Source: the human T2T-CHM13v2.0 reference genome, Homo sapiens
Length of the DNA: 64,000 bases
NCBI RefSeq assembly: GCF_009914755.1
Contig: NC_060935.1
Direction: 5' to 3' (one strand)
Made by a program: the position numbers and the translations under genes. Positions 53,201 through 64,000 of the stretch are shown here, piece by piece. Every line of letters starts with the position of its first letter. The first letter of the stretch is position 1. The notes under the pieces were generated by a model. That model was given only the letters and a program-made list of their open reading frames with translations. It was not told the DNA's origin and searched no databases.

Positions 53201-56200
53201 TAGCTCTTTGAGGCCATAGGCTAAAAACTGAATATCCCAAGATAAAAAAGAGACAGAAGATCTGAGAAAGTGCTTGGTGACATGTGCATTCATCTCACAG
53301 AGTTAAACATTTCTTTTCATTCAACAGTTTGGAAACCTGTTTTGGTAGGGTCTGCATAGGGCTATTTCAGAGTGCATTGCGACCTATGGTGAAAAATAAA
53401 TTATCTTAAGATGAAAACTAGAAAGAAATTATCTGAAAAACTTCTTTATGATAAGTGTATTCATCTCAGACCTTTCTTTGTATTCAGTAGTTTGGAAACA
53501 CTGCTTTTGTAGAATCTGTAAAAGAATATTTGATAGCTCATTGAGTCCATAAAGGAAAAAGCGATTATACCAGGATAAAAATTAGAAGGAAGCTATCTGA
53601 GAAACCGCCTTGGATGTGTACATTCACCTCGCAGAGTTGAACCTTTCTTTTCATTCAGCAGTTTGGAAACACTTTTGGTAGAATATTTGGAGTGACATTT
53701 GGCAGAGCATTCACGCCTATGGTGATAAAGGAAATACCTTCAGATGAAAAGTAGAAAGAAGCTTTCTGACAAACTGCTTTGTGATGTGTGCATTCACCTC
53801 ACACAGTTAAACCTTTCCTTGAATTCTGCAGTTTGGAAACACTATTTTTGTCCATTCTGCAAATGGACATTTGGGAGCTTATTGAGGCCAATGGTGAAAA
53901 AGGGAGTATCTCAGGATAAAAACTAGAAGGAATCTGTCTGAGAAACTGCCTGCAATATGCACATTCATCTCGCAGAATTAAACCTTTCTTTTCATTCAGC
54001 AGTTTGGAAACACTGTTTTGGTGGAATCTGCGAAGGGATATTTGAGAGGGCATTGAGGTTTATGGTGAAAGAGGAAATATCTTCAGATGAAAGCTAGAAA
54101 AAAGCTTTTTGAGAACTTGGTTTGTGATGTGTGCATTCATCTCACAGAGTTTAACCTTTCTTTGTATTCAGACTTTGGAATCACTGATTTTGTAGAATCT
54201 GTGAAGGGAGCACATTGAGGCCTATGTTGAAAAAGGAAATATCTTCAGAAAAAAAACTAGAAAGAATCTTTCTGAGAAACCGCTTTGTGATGTGTGCATT
54301 CATCCCACAGAATTAAACCTATCTTTGGATACAGCAGTTTGGAAACACTGTTTTTGTAGAATCTGCATAGGGATATTAGATAACTCCATTGTGGCCATAG
54401 GAGAAAAAGTGAATATCCTAGGATAAAAAAAAGAAGGAAGCTATCTGAGAAAACGATTTCCCAAATGTCCATTTATCTCAAAGAGTTAAACCTTTCTTCA
54501 GATTCAGTGGTGTGGAAACACTGTTGTTGTAGAATCTGAAAAGGGATATTTGAGTGCTCATTGAGGCCAAATTCAAAAAAGCAAATATTCCAGGATAAAA
54601 ACTAGAAGGATTCTATCTGAGAAACAGAATTGTGCTGTTTGCTTTAATCTAGCAGAATTAAATATTTCTTTTCATTCAGCAGTTTTTAAACACTGTTTTT
54701 GTAGAATCTGTCAAGGTATATTTGGTACTGCCTTGAGGCTTATGGTGAAAAGGATATATCTTCAGATAAAAACCAGAAAGAAGCTTTCTGAGAAACTGCT
54801 TTCTGATGTGTGCTTTCATGTCACAGAGTTAAACCTTTTTTTGGGTTTGCAGTTTGCAGTTTGGAGACCCTGATTTTGTCCTTTCTGCAAATGGACATAT
54901 GGGAGCTCCTTGAGGCTAATGGCAAAGGAGTGAATATCCCAGGATAAAAACTGGAAGGAAGCTACCTGTGAAACGGCTTTGTGATGTCAGCATTCATCTT
55001 GAAGAGTTAAAACTTACTTTGGATTGCACAGTTTGGAAACACAGTTTTTGTCCATTCTGCAAACGGACTTTTGGGAGGTCATTGAGGCCAAAGGTGAAAA
55101 AGCGAATATTCCAGGATAAATACTAGAAGAAAGCTACCTGAGAAACCACTTTGTGATGTGCACATTCATGTTGCCAAGTTAAACCTTACTTTCCATTCAG
55201 CAATTTGAAAACACTGTTTTTGTAGAATACGCAAAGGGATATTTGGGTGCACGTTGAGGCCTCTGGTGAAAAAGAAAATATCTTCAGGTAAAAACTAGAA
55301 AGAAGCTTTCTGAAAAACTGCTTTGTCATGTATTCATTCATAACAAATAATTATACCTTTCTTTGGATTCAGCAGTTTGGAAACACTGTGTTTGTAGAAT
55401 CTGTGAAGGAATATTAGACAGCTCATTGAGGCCATAGACGAAAAAGCAAATATCCCAGGATAAAAACTAGAAGGAAGTTATCTGAGAAACTGCTCTGTGA
55501 CTTGTGCATTCATCTCGTAGAGTTAAACGTTTCTTTTTATTCAGCAGTTAGGATACACTATTTTGGTAGTATCTGCAAAGGGAAATTTGGGAGCACATTG
55601 GAGCATATGGTGATAAAGGAAATACCTTCAGATGAAAGCAAGAAAGAAATTTTCTGAGAAACTGCGTTTTGATGCATGCATTCATTTCACAGAGTTAAGC
55701 TTTCTTTGGATCCAGCAGTTTAGAAACACTATTTGTGTAGAGTCTGTGAAAGGTTATTTGGAAGCTCATTGAGGCCATATAAGAAAAAGCGAATATCCGT
55801 GGGTAATAACTAGAAGGAAGTTTTCTGAGAAACTGCTTTGTGATGTGTACATTCATCTTGCAGAGTTAAACATTTCTTTTTATTCAGCAGTTTGGAAACA
55901 CTGTATTTGTAAAATCTGCAAAGGGATATTTGGGAGTGCATTGAGGCCTACGGTGAAAAAGGAAATATCTTCATATGAAAATGAGAAAACAGCTTTTGGA
56001 GAAACCACTTTGTGATGTGCTCATTTATCACACAGAGTTAAACAATTCTTTAAATTCAGTAGCTTGGAAACACTGTTTTTGTCCATTCTGAGAATGGACA
56101 TTTGGGAGTTCTTTCAGGCCAATGGCAAAAAAGCAAATATCACAGGATAAAAACTAGAAGGAAGCTATCTGAGAAACAACTTTGTGATGTGTGCTTTCAT

Positions 56201-59200
56201 CTCTCAGGATTAAAGTTTTCTTTTCATTCAACAGTCTGGAAACACTGTTTTGACAGACTCTGTGAAGGGACTTTTTGGGAGCATACTGAGGCATATGGTA
56301 AAAAAGGAAATATGTTCAGATAAAAAATAGAGAAAAGCTTTTTGAGAAATTGCTTTGTGATGTGTGCATTCATCCCACACAGTTAAGCCTTTATGTGGAT
56401 TCAGCAGTTTGGAAACAATGCTTTTGTAGAATCTGTGAAGGGATATTTGGGAGGTCATTGATGTCAAAGTCAAAAAAGTAAATATCCTCAGACAAAAATT
56501 AGATAGAAATTTCTAAGAAACGTTTCTTGGGATTCAGTAGTTTAGAAACACTGTTTTGGAAGAATCTGCAAATGGATATTTGGGAGTACTTTGAGGCCTT
56601 TGGTGAAAAAGGAAATATATTCAGGTAAAAACTAGAAAGAAAGATTGTGAGAAACAGCTTTGTGATGTGCACATTCCTCTCACAGAAGAAAACCTTTCTA
56701 TGGCTTCAGCAGTTTGGAAACACTGTTGTTGCAGAATCTGCAAAGGGATATTTGGTAGCTAATTGAGACTTAATGTGAAAAAGGGAATATCTCAGGAAAA
56801 AAACTAGAAGGAAGCTATTTGAGAAACAGCTTCATGATGTGTGCATTCATCTCACAGAGTTAAACCTTTATTTCTTTATTTCTTTCTGCAGTTTGGAAAC
56901 ACTATTTTTGCAGAATCTGTGAAGGGATATTTGGGACTGCATTGAGGCCTATGGTGAAAAAGGAAATAATTTCAGATAAAAAGCAGGAAGAAGCATTCTG
57001 AGAAACTTCTTAGTGATGCGTGAATTCATCTCACAGAGACAAACAGTTCTTTGGATTCAGCAGTTTGCAGTTTGGAAACACTGTTGTTGTAGAATCAGCA
57101 AACAGACGTTTGGGAGCTCATTGAGGCCTATGGCAAAAGACCGAATATCCCAGAATAAAAACTAGAAGGAAGTAATCTGAGAAACTTCTTTGTGATGTGT
57201 GCCCTCATCTAACAGATTTAAATCTTTGTTTTCATTCAGCAGTTTGGAAACACTGTTTTGGTACAATCTGCAAAGGTATATTTCAGAGCGCATAGAGGCC
57301 TACGGTGAAAAAGGCAATATCTACAGATAAAAAGTAGAAAGAAGCTTTCTGAGAAACTGCTTTATAATGTGTGCATTCATCTCACAGAGTTAAACATTTC
57401 TTTGTATTCAGCAGTTTGGAAACACTGTTTTTGTCTCTTCTGTGAATGGACATTTGTGAGCTCATTGAGGCCAAAGGGTAAAAAACGAATATCCCAGGTT
57501 AAAAAGTAGACAGAAGCTGTCTGAGAAACCGCTTTGTGATGTGTGAATTCATCTCACAGAGTTAAACATTTTTTTTCATTTAGCAGTTTGGAAAAACTGT
57601 TTTGGCAGAAACTGTGAAGGGATATTTGGGAGCACTTCGAGGCCTATGGAAAAAAAGGAAATATATTCAGATAAACAATAGAAAGTAGCTTTCTGACAAA
57701 GTGCTTGTGATGTCTGCATTCATCTCACAGAGTTAAAACTTTCTTGGATTCAGCAGTGTGGAAACACTGTTGTTGTAGAATCTGTGAAGGGGTATCTGTG
57801 TACTCATTGAGACCAAAGTCAGAAAAGTAAATATCCCAGGATAAAAACTAGATGGATGTTATCTGAGAAACAAAATTGTGATATTTGCCTTCATCTAGCA
57901 GAGTTAAATATTTCTTTTCATTTGGCAGTTTGGAAACACTGTTTTTGTAGAATCTGTGGAGGTATATTTGGGACGGCCTTGAGGCCTATGTTGAAAAGGT
58001 AAATACCTTCAGATAAAACTAGAAAGAAACTTTCTGAGAAATTGCTTTGTGATGTGTGCATTCATCTCACAGAATTTAAACTTTCTTTGGATTCGAAGTT
58101 TGTAGTTTAGAAACACTTTTTTTGTCCATTCTGTGAATGGACATTTGGGAGTTCCTTGAGGCTAATGGCAAAAGAGCGAATATCTCACAATAAAAAACTG
58201 GGAGGAAGATACCCGAGAAACTGCTCTGTGATGTCTGCATCCATCTCACAGAGTTAAAACTTTCTTTTCATGCAACTGTTTGGAAACACTGTTTTTGTAG
58301 AATCCACGAAGGAATATTTCAGAGTGCATTGAGGCCTATGGTAAAAAAAGAAATATATTCAGATAAAAACTACAAAGAAACTTTCTGAGAAACTGACTTG
58401 TGATGTGTGCATTCATCTCACAGAGTTAGACCTTTCTTTGGATTCAGCAGTTTCGAAACCTTATTTTTGTCCAATCTGTGAATGGCCGTTTTGGAACTCA
58501 TTGGGACCAAAGGTGAAAGAGCAAGTATCCCAGAATAAAAATTAGAAGGAATCTGTCTCAGAAACTGCTTTCTGATGTGTGTGTTCATCTCACAGGGTTA
58601 AAACTTTCTGTGGATTCAGCTGTTTGTAAACAAGGTTTTTATAAAATCTCCAAATGGGTATTTGGGAATGCCTTGATGCCTATGGTGAAAAAGGAAATAC
58701 CTTCTGATAAAAACTAGAAGGAAGCTTTCTGAGAAACTGCTTTGTGATGTGTGCATTCATCTGAAAGAATTAAACCTTCGTTTGGATTCAGCAGTTTGGA
58801 AGCATCGTTTTTCCAATTCTGCGAATGGACATTTTGATGGTTATTGAGGCCGTAGTTTAAGAAATTAATTTCCCAGGATAAAAACTAGAAGGAAGCTATC
58901 TGAGAAACTGCTTTGTAATGTGTGCATTCATCTCACTGAGACAAACTTTTCTTTTCATTCAGCATTTAGGACACAGTGTTTTGGTAGTATCTGTGAAAGG
59001 GCATTTTGGAACACGTTGTGGCATATGGGGAAAAGGGAAATATCTTCAGATGAAAACAGGGAAGAAATTATCTGAGAAAATACTTTGTGTTGTGTGCATT
59101 CATCTCACAGATTGAAACTTTCTTTAGACTCAGTAGTTTGGAAACTCTCTGTACAATCTTTGAAGCAATAATTCAGAGCTCATTGAGGCCTCAGGTGAAA

Positions 59201-62200
59201 AAGGGAATATGCGTGGATAAAAACTAGAAGGAAGTTTCTGAGAAACTACTTTGCAATGTGTTCATTCATCTCACAGAGATAAAGCTTTCTTTTCATTCAG
59301 CAGTTTGGAAATACTGTTTTGGTAGAATCGACGAAGAGATATTTTGGAGTGCATAGAGGCCTATGGTGAAAAAGGAAATATCTTCAAATAAAAACGCGAA
59401 AGAAGCTTTCTGAGAAACTGCTTTGTGATGTGTGCATTCATTGCACAGAGTTCAACCTTTCTTTGCATTTGGCAGTTTAGAAACACTGCTTTTGTACATT
59501 ATGAGAATGGACATTTGGGAGGTCATTGAGGCCAAAGGAGAAAAGGCAATCATCCTAGGATAAAAACTAGAAGAAATCTATCTGAGAAACCTCTTTGTGA
59601 CATGTGTATTCATCTCACAGAGTTGAACATTTCTTTTCATTTAGCAGTTTGGAAACTCTGTTCGGGTGCTATCCGTGAAGGGATATTTGGGGGCGTATTG
59701 AAGCCTATGGTGAAAAAGGAAATATCTTCAGATAAATACTGAATAGAAGCTTTCTGAGATTCTGCTTTTTGATGTGTGTATTCCTCTCACAGAATAAAAC
59801 CTTCTTTCAATACAGTAGTATGGAAACACTGTTTATGTAGAATTTGGGAGCTCACTGATGCCAAAGACAAAAAAGTGAATATCCTAGGATAAAAACTAGA
59901 AGGAAGCTAACTGAGAAACCACTTTGTGATGTGTGCTTTCATTTAGGAGAGTTAAACCTTTCTGTCCATTCAGCAGTTTGGAAACACTGTTTTAGTAGAA
60001 TACGCAATGTGATATCTGGGAGTGTATTGAAGCCTATGGTGAAAAAGGAAATATCTGTAGATAAATACTAAAAAGAAGCTTTCTGAGAAACTGCTCTGTG
60101 ATGTGTGCATTCATCTCATAGAGATAAAGCTTTCTTTGCTTTCAGTAGTTTGGAAACACTTTTTGTAGAATCTGTGAAGTGATATTTGATAGCAAATATT
60201 GCAAGATAGAAACTAGAAGAAATCTATCTCAGAAACCACTTTGAGATGTGTGCATTCATCTCAGAGAGTTAAATCTTTTTTTCTTTCAGCAGTGTGGAAA
60301 CGCTGTTTTGGTAGAATCTGCTAAGGAATATTTGGGAGTGCACTGAAGCCTATTTTGAAAAAGGAATTATCTTCAGATAAATTCTCAAAAGAAGCTTTCT
60401 GAGAAACTGCTTTGAGATGTGTGCATTCAACTCGCAGAGTTAAAACTTTCTTTTCATTCAGCAGTTTGGAAACACAGTTTTGGTAGTATCTACCAAGGGA
60501 CATTTGGGAGTGCATTAAGGCTTGTAGTGAAAAAGGAAATATCTTCCGATGAAAATGAGAAAGAAGCTGTCTGAAAAACTGCTTTGTGATGTGTGCATTA
60601 AAGTCACAAAATTAAACCTTTCTTTGGATTCAGTAGTTTGGAACATGGTTTTTGTAGAATATGCGAAGGGATATTTGGAAGCACTTTGAGGCCTATGATG
60701 AAAAAGGAAATATCTTCAGATAAAAACTAGAAAGAAGCTTTCACAGATTAAAACCATTCTTTGGATTTAGCAGTTTGGAAACACTGTTTTTGTCCATTCT
60801 GCCAATGGACATTTGGGAGGTCATTGAGGCCAGAGGCGAAAAAGAGATCGTCCCATGATAAAAACTGGAAGAAACCAATCTGAGACACCTCTTTGCCATG
60901 TATGCATTCATCTCTCAGAGTTAAACCTTTCTTTTCATTCAGCAGTTTGGAAACTGTGTTTGGGTAGTATCTGCGAAGGGGTATTTGGGAGTACATTGCG
61001 GCCTATGATGAAAAAGGAAATATCTTCAGATAAATACTAGAAAGAAGCTTTTGAGAAACTACTTAATGATGTGTGTAGTTGTATCACAGAGTTAAATCTT
61101 TCTTTTGATTCTGTAGTATGTAAAGTCTGTTTCTGAATAATTTGGGAGCTCACTGATGCCAAAGGTGAAAAAGCGAATATCCCAGGATAAAAACTAGAAA
61201 GAAGTTATCTGAGAATCTGCTTTGTGATGTGTGCATTCATCTCACAGAGTTAAACCTTTCTTTTCTTTCAGCAGTTTAGAAACATTGTTTTGGTAGAATC
61301 TGCAAAGGGATATTTGCTAACACATTGGTGCCTATGGTGAAAAAGGAATCATCTTCAGATAAAAAAGAAAAAGGAGCTTTCTGAGAAACTGCTTTGTGAT
61401 GTATGCATTTATCTCACAGAGTTAAACTTTTCTTTGGATTCAGCATTTTGGAAACACTGTATTTGTCCATTCTGTGAGTGAATATTTTGGAGCCCATTAA
61501 GGCCAAAGGTGAAAAAGTGAATATCCCAGGATAAAAGCTAGAATAAAGCTATCTGAGAAACCGGTTTGTGATGTGTGCATTCATTTCACAGAGTTAAACT
61601 TTCCTTTTCATTTAGCAGTCTGGAAACATTCTTTTTGGTAAAATCTGTGAAGGGACATTTAGGAACGCATTGAGGCCTATGGTGAAATAAGAAATATCTT
61701 CAGATAAAAAGTAGAAAGAATCATTCTGAGAAATTGCTTTGTGATCTCAACACACATCTCACAGACTTAAACCATTCTTTGGATTCAGCAGTTTGGAAAC
61801 ACCATTTTTGTAGAATCTGTGGTATTATATTTCATAGTTCATTGAGGCCAGAGGCAAAAAAGAAAATATACCAGGATGAAAACTAGAAGAAATCTATCTG
61901 AGAAACCACTTTGTGAAGTGTGCATTCATCTCACAGAGGTAAACTTTTCCTTTCCTTCAGCAGTTTGGAAAAACTGCTTGGGTAGTATATGCGAAGAGAT
62001 ACTTGGGTGTGCATTGAGGCCTGTGGTGAAAAAGCAAATATCTTCAGGAAAAAAGTGAGAAAGAAGCTTTCTAAGAGACTGCTTTGTGATATGTTTGTGT
62101 TCATCAAACAGAGTTAAAACTTTCACTGGATTAACCAGTTGGGAAACACTGTTTTTGTAGAATCTGTGAAGGAATATTTGATAGCTCATTGAGTCCATAG

Positions 62201-62677
62201 GGGTAATACCAAAAATCCCAGGATAAAAACTAGCAGGAAGCTATCTGAGAAACCCCCTTATGATGTTTGCATTCATCTCTGAAAGTTAAAACTTCCATTT
62301 CATGCAGCAGTTTGGAAACACTATTTTGGTAGTACCTACAAACAGACATTTGGGAACACATGGAATCCTAAGGTGAAAAAGGAAATAACGTCAGATGAAA
62401 ACTAGAAAGAAGCTTTCTTAGAACTGCATTGCGTTGTGTGCATTCCTCTCACAATGTCAAAACTTTCTTTGGATTCAGTAGTATGGAAGCACTGTTTTTG
62501 TAGAATGTGTGAAGGGATATTTGGGAGCCCATTGAGGCCAAAGTCAAAAAAGTGAATATTCCAGCATAAAAACTAAAAGGAAGCTATGGGAGAAACTGCT
62601 TTGCAATGTGAGCATTCATCTCTTAAAGTTAAACCTTTCTTTTCATTCAGCAGTTTGGAAACACTGTTTTGGTAGAA

Positions 62678-62714
62678 TCAGCAAAGGCATATTTGTCAGC
62701 AAAGGCATATTTGT
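62678..62714 (+). repeat. 18-bp direct tandem duplication within a monomer
   Basis: TCAGCAAAGGCATATTTG occurs twice in a row. Confidence 0.9.
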
Positions 62715-64000
62715 GACCTCATTGAGGCCTATGGTGAATAAGGAAATATCTTCAGATGAAAACTAGAAAGAAGCTTTCTGAGAAACAGCTTTGTGATGTG
62801 TTCAGTAATCTCACAGAGTTAAATATTTCTTTTGATTCCGCTAACTGGTAACACTGTCTTTTTCCATTCTGCAAATGGACATTTGGGAGCTCATTGAGCA
62901 CAATGGTGAAAAAGTGGATATTCCAGGATAAAAACTAGAAGAAAGTTATCTGAGAAACCAATTTTTGACAGGTGCATTCATCTTGCAGAGTTAAAACTTT
63001 CTTTTCATTCAGCAGTGCGGAAACTCTGATTTTGTACAATCTGCAAAGGGATATATGAGAGGGAATTGTGGCCTATTGTGAAAAAAAAATCTTCAGACAA
63101 AAATTCGAAAAAACTTTTCTGAGAAACTGCTTTGTGAGGTGTGCATTCACCTCACAGAGGTAAACCTTTCTTTGGATTCAGCAGTTTGGAAATACTGATT
63201 TTGTAGAATCTCAGAAGAGATATTAGATAGCTGCATTCTTCTCACAGAGTTAAAACTTTCTTTTCAATGAGCAGTTTGGAAACACTGTTTTTGTGGAATC
63301 TGTGAAGGGATATTTGGGAGCACATTTAGGCCTATGGTAGAAAAGGAAAAATCTTCAGATAAAAACTAGAAAGAAGCTTTCTGAGAAACTGCTTTGTGAT
63401 GTATGCTTTCATCTCACAGAGTGAAAACTTTCTTTGGATTCAGCAGTTTGGAAACAGTTTTTGTCCATTCTGTGAATGGACATTTGAGAGATCATTAAGG
63501 CTGAAGGTGAAAAAGCAAATATCCCAGGATAAAAACTAGATGGAAGCTAACTGAGAAACCTGTTTTTGGTGTGTGCATTCATCTCACAGAGTTAAAGCTT
63601 TCTTTTCATTGAGCAGTGTGGAAAAACTATATTGGCAGAATCTGAAAGTGGATATTTTGGAGAGCATTGAGGCCTAGGTGAAAAAGGAAATATCTTCAGA
63701 TAAAAAACAGAAAGAAGCTTTCTAAGAAACTGCTTTGTGATGTGGACATTCATCTCACAAGGTCAAATATTTATTTGGATTCATCAGTTTGGAAACACTG
63801 TTTTTGTCCATTCTGTGAATGGACATTCAAGAGTTCATTGAAACCAATGGTGAAAAAGTGAATATCCCAATATACAATATAGAAGAAACCTATCTGACAT
63901 GCTGATGTGTGCGCTCATCTCACAGAGGTAAACCTTTCTTTGGATTCAGCCATTTGGAAACACTGTATTTTTAGAATTTGTGAAGAGACATTTGGGAGTG

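Larger units (their letters stand above)
43004..64000 (+). repeat. Divergent alpha satellite in the opposite orientation
   Basis: TCTGAGAAACTGCTTTGTGATGTGTGCATTCATCTCACAGAGTTAAAC recurs every ~171 bp; same monomer types as the left block, reverse-complemented. Confidence 0.98.

Noticed and set aside
58776-58795. CCTTCGTTTGGATTC as a possible CENP-B box
   Set aside because: It lacks the A..CGGG half and is at the wrong monomer position; it is a point variant of CCTTTCTTTGGATTC.

Overview
This is not prokaryotic DNA. The window is primate (most likely human/great-ape) pericentromeric sequence, about 89% of it divergent ~171-bp alpha satellite. The monomers are A-type (pJalpha-like box, no CENP-B box seen) and alternate loosely as a dimer of two types, here called X and Y. 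The satellite runs on the minus strand from 1 to ~43004 and switches abruptly to the plus strand to the end. Three insertions interrupt it, all between 7.3 and 23.8 kb: (1) a 5'-truncated L1PA2-like LINE-1 (7346-9918); (2) a deleted HERV-K(HML-3)/HERVK9 provirus remnant with its 3' MER9 LTR (~13695-15265); (3) a nested L1 complex (21073-23767), in which an old L1PA7/8-like element with a 3' transduction and a 5' inversion is itself split by an L1PA4-like element. I see no functional host gene, RNA gene or CRISPR array; the short ORFs in the track are chance translations of satellite or L1/ERV remnants. I found no new protein-coding system. The notable signals are structural: the nested L1 with an orphan 85-bp transduced tag, TSD-less L1 insertions with apparent target deletions, the strand-switch junction, a length-preserving opposite-strand patch, a near-perfect 488-bp tandem duplication, several older multi-monomer duplications, and three breakpoints that fall in one short dyad of the monomer. 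Subfamily calls are from remembered diagnostic bases read by eye, not from a database search.
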